Source: Girardia tigrina (taxonomy: Eukaryota). Taken from it: a DNA stretch of 64,000 nt. Under the pieces are notes generated by a model. The model did no database searches and was not told the origin of the DNA. It saw only the letters and a program-made list of their open reading frames with translations. This document shows positions 13,601 to 28,600 of the stretch, one piece after another. Within the stretch, counting starts at the first letter, position 1, and the number at the start of each line of letters is the position of its first letter. The translations under genes were made by a program, and so were the position numbers. The stretch is from NCBI GenBank assembly GCA_001938485.1, contig MQRK01190104.1:1-64000 (forward strand), written 5' to 3'.

Positions 13601-16600
13601 GAAGCTCGAATTCAAGGCTGTTTTAATTGATTTAATTTTCTCTTTTCCTATTTTCATGTTTTCATCTGACATTTTACCTTCATTGTTAGCTAAACATTTC
13701 GATGACTGATACATTATTTTTAAACTAATTTGAAATATATTTAAATATTACAAATGATCATTTATAAATATTGTATGATTGCATAACATATTGCATAATA
13801 ATAAATTTCAAGGAAATGAAAAAACTGCATTTAATATTTAATTTATTAAAATAATTTTCCTTATATATTTTGAAAATTTTAATTTTTAAAGTATTATTTT
13901 TGTTACTAATTTCTAAATTTTTTGTGTGATGAAAATTTGTTTTGCAAGCCAGTATTTTTTTTAATTTTTAATACAAATAAAAAAATAAGTATTATTATAA
14001 AAAATCAATACTCATTGGTTGAAATAATTGACATCTTGATCGAACTTAAGCAAAATTAATTAAAGAAATATGCTTTTTAAAAAGAAATTAAATAAAGTAA
14101 TTAATTAGAAATTTTAGTTAAGTTTAAAATTTAAGTAAAATCAAAATTTAAATTTCTATTGTACACTTAAAGTTCGATCAAGATGTCAATTATTTCAACC
14201 AATGAGTATTGATTTTTTTATAATATTACTTATTTTTTTATTTGTATTAAAAATTTAAAAAAAATACTGGCTTGCAAAACAAATTTTCATCACACAAAAA
14301 AATTAGAATAAAAAAACCGATAATAATTCCAAAATCGATAATAGGATTACAAATTCAAAAACAAAAATCGATAATGACAATGAAAACCATTTTGTATTTA
14401 AAATGAGAGAAAGAGAACGAGAAAAAGTCCTCTTGAGGTACGTGTACGTGTATATATAATTTATATAATGTAAAAAAGTTGTTTGTTGAAATAATAGCGG
14501 AATCACCGCACAATTTTTTAAATATATAGTTTCCGATTTCGTTGAATTTGAAGTATTCGTTGGTAAATAAATCATAATAAATATTACGACGTTAAGGGAT
14601 TTCTTGATTGTTTTGAAGAATTATGAATGTAAGTATCGATATCGATAGTTTTATCAGAGAACAAAAATCGAAAATTGCTTCTGAACGACAATATCTCTCC
14701 AATCCGAATTTGTCGAATAAAAAAACCGATAATAATTCCAAAATCGATAATAGGATTACAAATTCAAAAACAAAAATCGATAATGACAATGAAAACCATT
14801 TTGTATTTAAAATGAAAGAAAGAGAACGAGAAAAAGTCCTCTTGAGGACTAAAATTATTGATTGGATGCGCAGCGCGACACCACTCATTATAACTTAGAT
14901 TGAAACACGTCCTATGTTTATATTTTCAAAAATGTTTTGATTAAGTTTTTATCAGTATTATGAATAAACTGTTGAAATAATGGGAATAAATAATTCATCG
15001 CCTTAATGTCTGCGTATGGCTCAAAATTCTTATATATTGTTCCTTGTATATCTTTTTCGATAATAATATTTACTGTTTTGATATAATTGTCTTCAGTATT
15101 AATCGACCATGGTGGTTCCAGATGTGAAGTGTTGTTAATTGTTGAATTGAAATTAATCGGTAAAACCGAAACAACAGAACCAGTGTCAACGAGAAAATAT
15201 ACTCTATAACTCAATGTGGCAGAACTGTCACAAACATACATTTCTTTGATACAACAATATTTCAATTTATTTTATATAACTAAGTAAATAAAATCCAAAA
15301 TAATCAATTTACCTTTGTGTTTTTTCAAAAAATATCAACAATATCAATAGCATAAATGTTTTTATTTTTTAAAGAAATTTGCATGCGTGCACTCGACACA
15401 ATGTAATAGAGAGAACTGTAAAATTCATCATCCTACCACCAACGCCACCTGTAGGTACTAATAAATCACCGATGTTGTATAGATCGGTGTGTAACAGATA
15501 TGCAACAGTGATTTAAAATGTGATATGTTAATAGTTAGAGATCCTGTAAGAGTTACAACAGTTTTTTACAGAAGTGTCACACCATGTTACGAAGGGTTAA
15601 TACAAACTGAAGATTAAACAATATTTTCAAAAGTCTATCTGCAAACCATGTTTCTTCAAGGATGTTTATATAGATTGAATTATTTTTCTGTACAATTGTT
15701 TGATAAATATATTTTGTTTGCATATTAAAAGATTTTTGCTTCCACAATCTCATGATTTACCATTATGTTCATTAGACATTAATTTTAGTAACGACTGTCG
15801 ATTATATTACAACACATTTCTTTCAATTTAACCATTATTTCTGTTGAATCTTAGCTGTTTCCTTTCACTCTACTGTGAATATTTTTATTGTGTGATAATT
15901 ACACAAAATTTCCGCATAATTTCCAACAAAATTAAAAATTTTCCAAATAAAAATTAAAAAATGCGCAAATAAATAAATACATAAATAAAATAAAAAATAA
16001 TAAGATAAATTAATTAATAAATTAAATTAAATAAATTAAATTATTAAATAAATTAAATAAAATTAATGACATAAATAAAATAAAAAATAAAATAAAGATT
16101 GTAAATTAAAAACTTTTATCAACTCAACAATGCTCCCAACATCTACCCCCGCTTTTGAAATTTGTGAATTTTTCCACATCCTTATTATTTGTTTATCATT
16201 TTCATCTTTGAGTCTATAACTCCTCTCATGAATCTGTTCAATGATTTCGTAAGGTCCTTCAAATCTGTCGTCGCCTTTCTGTCTTATTTCTTTCATAATC
16301 CAAACCTTATCACCCACTTTATAAGTTGCTCGCGTTCTTGTTTCCACCGGCGTGTTCTTCTCTTTTATCTTTTGTCTTAAGTTCTCTCGGTCCGTTTTAC
16401 TGTCAATGTACCATTGTTGTCTGTCTATTTTCCTCCCAAATACTACTTCTGCTGGGCTACACCATATCGTTTTCGGTTTTGCAAATTCGACCTATGGTAA
16501 TATGTCTCCCCAACTCATGGAGTTTCTCTCTTTAAGGCTTGTTTGGATGAACTGCCGAATAGTTCGAAATTGCCTCTCGATTATCCCATTGGTATTATGG

Positions 16601-19600
16601 CAGTACGGACTTGAAAAGATCAGTTTAATGCCCCTTGCCTCCAACAATTATTTAACTCTTTTCGATTCAAAACTTTTACCACAATCGAAATTTATCTCTT
16701 TTGGTGCACCGAATTTTAGTATCCACTTTTGTAATAATCGTTTTTGTATAATCGTTTCTTCGTCCTGTCTTTTAATAGCTGTCAAGCAAACATATTTGCT
16801 GAAATGGTCTATAATTTCGAAAATGTACTTCTCTCTTCTTATTGTTTCGTTCCACTGTCTACAAATGTCTATATATATCTTTTCAAACATTTCTGAAGCT
16901 GTTATTTTTACATTTTCTTCCTTTGATTTTGTAGTTCTTGTCTTCGTTTGTTGACATTCTATGCGTGACTCCACTACCTCTTTTCCTGTTTTCCCTTCAT
17001 CTTCCATATTGAATTTGTCTCTCAGGTATTCGTATACCTTTTCGGTCCCTGCGTGGCATAATAATCTGTGTGTTTGAATAATTTGCTCATTCAATTTTTC
17101 TTTAGGTACCTATTCTTTCTGTCCTGCTCTTGCTTGGCTTCTCGTAGTTACCGCTAATAGCCTGGTATTGTTTTTACCCTTTTTCGCTTCTTCATGTTCC
17201 ATTTGACACTGAGTACACGTTTCGCAATTTCGTGTAGATAACATATCCGCGTTGCCATGTAATTCCCCTTTGCTGTATTCTATTTAGATATCAAGACTGC
17301 TTCAATAGTTCATCCATGTTTGGAACTGAGCAGTTAACGGTTTTTTGGTTTGAAACCAGAAAGTAGTCGCTTTATGGTCTGTTCGTAATTTAAACTTCTT
17401 TCCATACAAATAGTGATTGAAATGCTGACAGAAATAAAAAATCGCCAAAAGTTCCTTCCCGGTTATGCAGTACCCTCTTTCATGCGTCGACATTGTGTGT
17501 GATCCATATGCTATAACTTGTTCTCTACCTGAATCGTCTATCTGTGATAATACTGCCCCTATGTTGTCGAAGCTGGCATCCGTGTCTAAGATGAACTGTT
17601 TATTAAAGTCCGGGAAGCTCAATATTGGTGCCGATATTAATGCTTTTTTCATATCTTGAAATACTATTTCGCACGCGTTTGTCCATACCAGTTTTTCTTT
17701 GTTTGACCCGCACATTCCTTCTAACACTTTAGCTTTCTTCGCATATCCGTTAATAAATCTCCTGTAATAATTGCAGATTCCTAAAAAAACTCCTCAAATT
17801 CTTAATGCACTTCGGTCTTTGAAAATTTTCTATCGCAGCGATTTTTTCTGGATCTGTCTGTATTCCCTTGTGATTAATTATATGTCCTAAAAATTTCACT
17901 TTTTGTCTTAATATCTTGCATTTTGATGGTTTTATCATCAATCCTGTTTGCCTAATTCTTTCGAAAACTTCTTTGATTACATCGTAGTGCTCCTCTTTTG
18001 TCCTTGTTGCAATTAATATGTCATCTAAGTAAACTGACGCTCCCTTTTTTACCGGTTCCAAAACTTTAGTCATTAATTCCTGAAACGTTCCTGGTGCTGC
18101 TGCTATGCCGAAAGGCATACGTTTGAAACAAGATTGCCCTGATTTCGTAGAAAATGCCGTCTTTTCTTGCGACTCTTTGTCTAATTCTACTTGGTAGTAC
18201 GCATTTCCCAAGTCTATTGTACTGAAATATTTGGCTCCGTGTAACCTATCCATCATCTCTGTTCGGCATGGGGAATGCTTGTCTCTTTGTAATAAGGTTT
18301 AATTATCTAAAGTCTAGGCATAGTCTGATTTCATTCTTGTCCTTTTTCCAGACACATACTATCGGTGTGTTCCATCGTAACATATTATTCCATTTGATTC
18401 TAGGTTCTTAATTGCTTCTTCCAATTTATCCTCTAAATGCATCAGCTGTCTTCTTTGTTTTATATTGATTGGTTCCCCCGTTGTTTCTATTGTATGACGT
18501 AGTAAATTCGTGCACCCGATATCCCAGTCGTTTGTCACAAATATGTCTCGATATTGGTGGATTAATTTCTCTATTGATTTATCGTTCTGTGTTTCTATCG
18601 TTTTTAATTCCTCTTTACCTCGATCTTCATCCATAATCTTTTTCCCAAATTTCGCCTCGATTTCGCATATATTGGTTTTACTATTTTCTTGATTTTGTTC
18701 TTTTCATTGTAGTTTTATCCCGAAATCTTCCATCAATGGCATGCCCCATATCATGTCTGGTTTTAAACTTTTCACTATTACAAATCGTATTTTCTCCACT
18801 CTTTTTCCAATTTTCACTACCGTCTCCTTTTTTCCTCTAACATACATTTGTAACCCATTTGTTGCCGTCAATTTTTGATTTATTCGTTCCACGTTTATGT
18901 TATTTATTTAAAAAATTCACAAAATTCAAAAACGGGGGGAGATGTTGGGAGCGTTGTTGAGTTCATAAAATTTTTGAATTTACAATCTTATCAAATTAAT
19001 AATTAAACAATTATATTCCGTAAAATATTGTTATAGATATGTTAAAATAAGATTTTCAGAAATTTAATGTAAAAATTAATTTATGTAAGAAATAGAAGAA
19101 ATTTTGCGGTAGCTTTATTAAAAGATTTATGTAAAGATTTATTATAAAGTAAAAAAGTTAATTTCAAATTTGATGAAAATATTTAATTGAAATAAAATCA
19201 AAAGTAATATAAAGTTTAATATTTATTTGCGAAATAAAAGTAAACTAAACTATTTTTTGTAACTTTTATTCTACATGAATAAATCGATGTAAATTAAAAA
19301 TGTAATTATAATTTTTTTTGAATCAAAATATAATTGTAAAACAATGAAAATGCGCTTTCAATTTTATTTTGGAAAACGTATTTATTAATGGAAATATAAT
19401 TTTATTTTTTATGTAGAAAGGGGTAATTTAAAAGTTGTTAATTAAATTGAACGAAACGAAATTAAACGAAATTGCGATTTTAAATTCTATTTTCAAAATA
19501 TTATTTTATTAAATCCAAAGTAATTTTTAAAACTATTATGAAAACGAAATGGAAAATGCTATTGCATAGAATTGGGAAATATAATTGAGAAACAGTTAAA

Positions 19601-22600
19601 TTTAAAGGTACAATAAAATTGAAATTTAATAAAGGACGCAACAAAATCTTTGTGACAAAATTTTAATTCATTTAATAATTTTTTATTAAAAAAAGTATAG
19701 AATTTTAATTCGTAAAAAATACAATAACTGTATAAAATTATTTATTTATTTATATAAAATTATTTATTATTCATGTTATTCATTATTATGTTAAGTTATT
19801 ATTTATATTATATGCTTGACTACCTTAAGTAGTCAAGCCAAATTAAAATTAAATTTTAAATATTGAATCGATATAAAAATATATTGAACACAATTAAATT
19901 TAGAATTTAGTTTTATATTTTTTCAAGACATCAGAATTATCGCAACATTGACGACCCTAAGGAGACATTTAAGAAGGGTCTCTCATAATACAATACATTC
20001 TCCATGAAAAATAAATTGATAAGAAAACGGTAAAGGAACATTTGCATAAGAAATAATTATATAAAGTATTTATGTTGGAATAAATATACAAATAAATAAA
20101 TGGGTTGCGAATCCTTCCTGAATCGTGTGTGTTTATTTATTTATCAAATAAACAACATATTTATATTTTTTTATTCTACGTTTAGCCTTTTTAAATAGAA
20201 TTAAATAAAAATTTTTGATAAAGTCAGAAGATGATGTTTATTAAATTAAATTACAGAGATTACATATGTTGAATCAAATAGTAGTTATTGGTGGTTATAA
20301 AAAACCAAATCCTCGCAAATCGATACCGCTAAATTGGAGGCTTTGGTCGCTTAAAAAATAAAAACCGCGTTAATCTGAAAACGCCAATGTACGGCGTAAA
20401 CCGAAGGATGAATCTACTTCTAAATTAGGTAACTATTTTATGTGGCAACATAAGAATGTTGAGTCATTCGATATTAGAACATTTACTATCATTTCTACCT
20501 ATTAAATCTGTGAGGAATATGGGGTGTGTAATTGTTTTTTGTAGTGTTTGCATGTTTAAATGTTGTGTATTGATTTGGGATTGTGCCTCTCCTAATCAGA
20601 TGGATGATCAATATTTTAATTCTTATAATCTGAAACTAATTTATTTAAATTTAGATTTAATATTCAAATTTTTAATTTTATTATTGGAACTTTTAAATAA
20701 TTTTATTGATTTTATTTTTATAAATTTTTTAATAATTAAAATCAAATTAATGTTTAAAAATGACTATAGAAATATATTATAGCCAATAATATTTAAATTA
20801 AATATTTTTTAATAAAATAATTTTCTCAAGTATAGTTCAGATTATAATGAGAGATATTGAAAATTGAGTGATGGATTATAGTGGATCATAAAGATGATAA
20901 GAAATGTGAATGTAGTAAATGTTCTGTCAAATGTGTGAGTTCTCTCAACAAAATCCATGGTCATCATGATGAAATATTTCAAACATTCTAATTAATTATT
21001 ACAGATTATGACATTTTTAATAAATTTGCAGTTGAAATGATTTAAATTTTGAAAAAAAAACACCCATTAATTAAAAATCAATCACTTAATTACCGTATAT
21101 TTCAGTGTATAAGACGACCCCTTATCTCTAAAAATTGTCCGAAAAATAGGGAGTCATCTCAACAAACATTAACAAAAATTGGGAAGATCACAGGATTAAA
21201 GGTCCAAGTTTTGTTACTGTTAGATAAGACAACCCCGGTTCCAGATTGATTAAATATAAATATTCTAATATTTAAAAAGTGAAAAAATATATATGTTATA
21301 TTGTTAATTATAAAATATTTTTTTGTAAATGAAAAAAGTTTTTGTAATAATAATTTTTCGCTTGCTTGAAAAATTTTATCTGGAAAGTTTTCAAAAAATG
21401 TCACGTAATGCAACAACAACCACACTTAAATGTACGATAATTTAGTTCAATATTTAGACAAGTGTGATAAATTATCCAGCAGAAAAGAAAGGTTTCATGA
21501 ATCGCCGGGGAAATGATTTTTCATCTAATGGCATAAATAAAAAATAATGTTAATATATCATAATATAATAATAATGTGATATTTCATCTGATAAACAGAT
21601 GAAAGATTCAAAAAGAAGAGATAATGTCAGCTGTTCCTGCAGACATAGTTTTCCTCGGAAATGCGTCCTCCTAATTATTCTAGTTTATTGTCTTTCTTTA
21701 TTTCTGTTACATTAACAGATAAAAAAGATTTTTTAATGTAATAAGAACAAGCGGAAAGTTTTATCATTTCATAAAATATAATTTCATATGAGACTATTTT
21801 TTCTGTGTATCTAATGAAAGAATGGTCAATGAATTGTAATTTAAAATATCTAGAAATCTAAAAAAACGAATAAACAAAATTAATTTAGACGGGTAGAAAA
21901 AATATTAATTTAAGATTAAAACCGGAACTTTTTCTTTATTTGTCCCTTAAAAAATACAAAAGGACAAATTGAATAGAAAAGTGAATGAATTGGAAATAAT
22001 GATTAAAATATAATTATCTTCAAATAACACAAAAAAATACTCTTTCGTATTTATCTTTTTCCTTCTTTAAATTATCAACGGTCACTTTGCTGTCATTCTT
22101 TAGTCTGTCAAAGTCTTCTTGTAGATTACTAATTTGTACGTCTGAATCTGTCAGCCTTTCTGTTAAAACATGTTTTTCCTCGATTAATAATATTATTTTA
22201 TTTAATCAAACAAAAATAAAAATCTGGTACTGCTTTCAATCTTTCACTTTCATCTCGGTGTCGACGAATCTCAAGCGATAATTCCGCACATTCTCCTTCA
22301 TATTTAAACAGTCTAAAACATATTGAATTACATTTCTTTTGAAAAATGTCAATAAATACCGATTCTGTACAGATTCCAACTCGCGATGCTTTTCTTCTTC
22401 CGCTCTCGTCTTCAAATTTATTTAAATTATTAAAATAATTTACGTTTTTCATACCAATTTCTGTTTGAAATCTTTTTTTTCTTCTGATATTCTTAGATCA
22501 GCTCTTTCTTCTAATTCTTTAAGGTTATCTTCAAGGTTATTAATTCTGTAAGAAAAATTAGATTTTTATGAAAATAATTCATTAAATTTTAATTATCGAA

Positions 22601-25600
22601 AAATATTTAAAATTACAAAAAAAATATTTATTTAAATAATGTATTTTAAAGAAATAAAGAGATTTTGAAATTACATAAGAGGGGCGTTCCGAAAGTAAGT
22701 GGAAATACTTATATGCGGTTGTGCGCGTGTGTGTGCATCTTACAGAGGGACAGATGGCGTGGTGGCGTGATGTACTTACTGTAAAAGTTATTATTCCAAA
22801 AATTGCGGAATAACAAATTTTACTCAAAAATAAATAAAAATTACAACAGTTTTTTAACGTAATTAATTAGCAAAGTAATTAACCAAAAAAGAAAGTTAAT
22901 AAACAAATAGATAAATATAACCCGAGCTTTTCATACAACATTTATTCAAGCATAAAACATTAAGTAGACTCTAATCATCGGTAATTAATTAATTAATTTG
23001 TCATTTTAAATTGTCCATAATTTTTATTGATGTTAATATTTTATTAACATACATTAATTATTTTAACATTTGTAGTAGTATTCCGGGCTTCGCCTACTTC
23101 CTTATTTTTCCCGATTGGTTCCACCGTAAATGTTGATAAAATTAAATTGCATGTCATGAAAAATAATAAATACGATCTTTTCATTCTTGTTTGTTGGAGT
23201 TGTTTAATCATCGTTATCTAACTGTTTTTCGAGCAACGTGAAGCGTCAAAATATTATAAAGTTGTTATTTCACTAAGATCTAGATGTCATTCTTAGATAT
23301 TCTTGTCGGGAATTTGAGGGCCGCCTTTACAACGATATTAAGATCTCTATATGTTAATAGAAAATTTAGACTTCGTGCTATTGTTATAAATAAATACATT
23401 TGGTTCATAAAAATCATACCAAAACAAAAAAAAATCACAACATCAATCCATCATACGTCACATGCGTCACACACAAGAAAACTTATGTACAAAAAATAAA
23501 ACTAATGAGATCAAGACATTGTACAATTAACGCTTAAGTAAAACACAAACATATACTTATTCTTTTTTCGCACTCGCAATTCAAAACCACAAAAGAAAAA
23601 GAAATCCATATACCAAACACACGGGAGTAGTATTTCACACTTACCACCCAATAGAAATCGAGCAAAAGTGGCATTGGTACATGCAACATGTGAGCAGCAT
23701 AGAGGAAACTGTCATAGGGCAGTGTTTTCATTTTTGTTTAACACATGGAAGATGCAGTACGTTCTCACCGTGGCATCATCTTTTTTCCTTTGGAAAGAGG
23801 ATACTCCAGTATCTGACATTGTGCGCCGCTTATCAAATGTGTTTCAAGGAAGAGCCCTGCAAAAGTCTGCCGTCTACAATTGGGTGCATCAATTCGAAAA
23901 TGGACGTGAATCCTTGGACGACGCGGACAAGAGTGGAGTCCAGCAACGACGAGCACGGTAGAAAATGTGGAAAAAGTGTCGGAGACCATCAATGCAAATC
24001 GCTGATTTACCTGCCTTGACAGTGATGAGGATGATAAATGACATAGTATTCCTTCAATAAATGCTTTCTTGTGGTGTCGTCTCCCTTTTTTCCACTTACT
24101 TTCGGAACGCCCCTCGTATAATAGAGATGTACGTTTAGTTACATCGTTACAACCAAATGTGTTAGTGAGTTCTGGTTACAAATTTCAGTCTTAATTTAAA
24201 TCTGATTTTATTTTCTAAATTTATTATTAGCCTTAAACTCGTACATTATATTTCTCATCACAACTTCAAATCAATTGATACTGTAACTCTTCTTCCTAGA
24301 TTGTGTGCACACACAATATCATACACACAAATACACACATAGATGAATGCACAACATTACACAGTTAATCTCAGTTAAAAACTTTTGACATACATCTTCA
24401 AGTTTATCTTGCACATAAACAATGTGTTACAATTGTTCAGATTTTTGTCGGCATACACTTGATCTTTGTTAACCGAAATTCATTGTCATTTTAAATTGAT
24501 GTTTTGATAGTTTTATTTCATGTTAGCTTGGTAAAAAATCATAACTTTAAATTTTTGTTTGCCCAAGAAAAGAATATTGTTACCCTCATTTTTAAATTCA
24601 AACAAAGCTTAAATATTTTTAAGCTTATATTAGCACAACTTTTTCACTCAGGGACTAGTATAATTCTTTGGAGGGTAAAGTGAAAATCCATCAATGTCTG
24701 TCAATTAGGCCTAATGATACAGAAATATCTAATAAATAATTAAGTTACAATTACATTGAACGTAGAGTCAAAGTAAATTGTTCATTAAAGTTGGCAAATA
24801 ATTGATCTTTGATTTCTGCTAGCAAAGATTTCTATTTCCTTGTGGCACAAATCGTTATCTAGGTAGCGTTTTACTTATAGTTGAAATAATAAATTTTAGC
24901 TATTGTTTTAAAACAATGCTCTACAATAGTCCCATAAAATATACACTCACGATTATCAGGAAACAACTTATCTACTCAAAATGGCTTGAGACCGATGTTG
25001 AACTAGATCTTGCAGACTTATATCTAAAACATTTTCATAACTATCAGTATCTTGGGATTTAAGGGAACCTAGATTTCTTTCTTCTTGTTCAAAAGTACTG
25101 TTCATAATTTTGAAAATCCTTATGAGGGTTATGTTAAAAAAAATAAAGTTAAGAAATTTTAGAAATTATTTTTATTAGTAAATTTTTATTTACTTTGAAA
25201 TATGTTTTGCAACTGCTTTAAGTTTTTGTGTTAATTTAAAACAATACAGATCTGATAATTAATTCAAACTATAATTAATTTAAATATGCAATCAATTATT
25301 ATATAAATTTAAATAACTGTTGTTTGTTAAATTTTATTCATTATTTTTATTATATAGAAATAGCTAAAAATATTACCCTGTTTTAAGGCCATAAGGTGGC
25401 ACCTTAGTAGATTTTAAAAGACAAAATGTTACCCCGAAAGCACCTTAGTAAACAGTGGAACCTTAGTTAAAAGTGGCACCTTAGTAAAACGAAACAAAAA
25501 TTTAAAAAAATTTCCATCTTTTTCAATTATATTTTTTAATCATAATAATCTTCGTCTTCGCTACCAAAATTATTTTCATCCAACAAAATATCAATGAGCT

Positions 25601-28600
25601 GCTCACGAATACCTTGATCTTCATCTACCTCATCTTTAGATTCTTCAGATTCTTCATCGCCTTCCTCAATAACTACATCTTCAACGTCTTCGTGTTCATT
25701 CGGATAAAAATTGATTGTGGTCTTCTTGAAGCCATTTTTGATGGCAGAAACTGGAACTAAATCCCAAGACTCTGATATCCATTGGCAAATCTCTTCGCAT
25801 GAAGCTCTCTTCAAATTTCCTGATTTCGTATATTGCTTATAACCATTAATCATTCAATTTTCCCAATGACGACGTAAATGAGCTTTAAATGATTTGTTGA
25901 CACTGATATCCAAAACTTGTAATTTTTTCGTTAATCCACCTGGAATCATGGCCATTAAGGTTCCATTTGCCACAAATTTCGATTTGACTTCAGCAGTTCG
26001 ATGTCCAGGAGCAGAATCTAGCATAAGAAGTGATTTTGGATTAAAAATTGTCATTCTTCTTCTCAACCATACTTTTTCAAACCACAGAAGAGTTTCACTG
26101 GATGTCATGCAAGACTTTTTATTAGCTGATACGATAACATTTTGTGGAAATGATCTTTTTGGTATTGTTTTGCGGCGGAAAATAACATATGCGGGCAATT
26201 TATAGCCAATATTTTTTAATTTGTTTCAATAAAATTCTAAAATCGATTGAAAAGATTTTAAACATGGTTGAGAAAATTCCGAAACTGAACGAAAATTCCT
26301 AAAAAAGTATAGTTCTAAATTAAGTGGAAAGCATTGTAAATTATACGGAAGACCTTTTCTATCAAATTTGAATCTTCAATACTAATAAATATAAATAAAT
26401 CAATTGATACAGTCATTCTTTATCGATCTAAATAAGTATATTAAGTATACCGTGCAATTCATAAGTCATCGTCTCAAGATATGGAACTATACTGCGATGT
26501 AATGTAAAACTTATTAAATATGATATAAATGTATTACGACATGGTTTTTTACGCAGTACAACTTGAAGACATGAAAAGAAAAAGGTTTTACAATAATTGT
26601 TCAAAATGTTCACCATTTTTCTGCAAACACAGATTGCATCGCTCCACAAAATTCGTGTAGCATTTTCGAATGATGCGGTGATCGATGTCTGACAGCACTC
26701 TTGAAATGGCGCCTTGTAGACTAATGATGAAAACTTTATCTTTAATAGAAAATTCGACATTTCCACTTGCTTCAGCCATTGTACTGGCAGTTGGCGCATT
26801 TGAATAAAAGTGAAAGTACACAAACTAATATCAGACATTTAAAATTTTAATTTCATAGATATTGAATAACCGGATAATCAATCAATAGGCCGTAAACAAT
26901 CAAAGGAATATAATTGAATATGAAAGTCTGTAGAAAACCATAGCTTTTCTTTGCTTTAAAAGAGAAAAGGTCGAGTCAGACATCGATCACCGCATCATTC
27001 TAAAATGCTAGACGAATTTTGTGGAGCGATGTAATCTGTGTTTGCAGAAAAATGGTGAACATTTTGAATAATTATTGTAAAACCTTTTTCTTTTCATGTC
27101 TTCAAGTTGTACTGCGTAAAAAACCATGTCGTAATACATTTATATCATTTTTAAAAAGTTTTACATTACATCGCAGTATAGTTTCATATCTTGAGACGAC
27201 GACTTATGAATCTCACGGTATTTATACATTTTTATGCTTAATTCATTTCAATCTGAACCTCTAACGTAAAAAGATTCCAAAAATTTTGAATTATGAAGAA
27301 ATTCCATAAAAATATGAGCCACAAAAAATTCGAATATGAAGATCTCAAAGATAAATTCAACGAAAAAAGGATTATCATATTGATTTGCAGACTTTCCTCG
27401 CTATTTTAACTATCTTTCCGAGTTAGAGAGATAAACTCTTCGTTGAAAAACTAATTGTTTTCTTTCATAATTTAACCTTCAAATGCACCTTGTATCGAAT
27501 CTGATACTACAAATGTTTGGAAGTCTTATTCATCCAGGTCCTATGAATATTTCCAGTGTTTTTGTAAATTCAAATTCAAAATTAGTATATTCAGAAAATT
27601 ATTCAAAAAAATAAAAATCCATTTTTTTACTTTACCTATCCTATATATAACAAATCTAATGAGAAAAAAAAATATTTCGATACAAAAGAAAAATTGTGCA
27701 TTTAAGGATTAAATGTGTAACTCTGAATTTCACAAGTAATTCACTAGAACAACGTGAATTAATAAGCCGCACTTAGTAAAGTCAATGTTTATCCCTCCAA
27801 ACTTAGCCTTGACTAAATTAACCATTAAACTATCAAATGTTTCCCAAATGATGTGAAATTTTTTGTATAATTAGTACCTTGACTTATCTGAGAGTATAAA
27901 ACAATTAAAGGTTCAAATAATAAAAATGAAATCAATTAAATAGTGGATTAACCTTTGAACAAGAACTTTATTTTCTTCTTTCAACCGAACTGATTGTTTT
28001 TGTCCTAAATCATACTGATCAGAATGAAAAACGTTTAATTTTTGTTCCAGCCGTTTCATTTGCAACTATAATAAAAAGCTATATATAATAAACATTTATG
28101 AATCAGATATTAAATTTTTTTATAAAAAAAGAAATAACCTGTAGCGAATCAAAATTACTACCGATCTGTTGGGAGAGAACACCAGGATGTATATCACTAC
28201 CCCTAGGGGATGCTCCAGCTGAGAATAGGTCTCTCGTTCGACTGTTGGCACATGGCAACAATGAGTGGCTTTCAAGAAGACTAGATGTTACGAGATAAAA
28301 AATATGAGATTTTCAGTTTTTAAATTCATGAATGTTTTAGATAAGTTTCAACATAATCATATTCCAAATAGCCAAATTAAAAGTTATAAAATTTAACATT
28401 AAACGTTAGCAATTCAAAAACAAGACACGGTGCGATAAATGTTCATTCATGTTAATTATTATGATACAACGAACTCAAATTAACTAAAAAATCAGCATAC
28501 AATGAAAAACTAACTTTTTACAACTTGAAGTAATTCTGAATTAAATAAATTCATGTAAAAAATATTCCGTATATTTTATATAGAATATAAATATTATATA

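Noticed and set aside
19814-19838. 10-bp hairpin GCTTGACTAC/GTAGTCAAGC as a terminator
   Set aside because: Intrinsic terminators do not apply in this eukaryotic intron; it could be a TE scar, but there is no support.
25854-25856. Stop-codon reassignment suggested by an in-frame TGA at a Trp position and in-frame TAA codons elsewhere
   Set aside because: These occur only in decayed elements; the Rab11-FIP gene and the 732-aa ORF have no internal stops and end in TAA.
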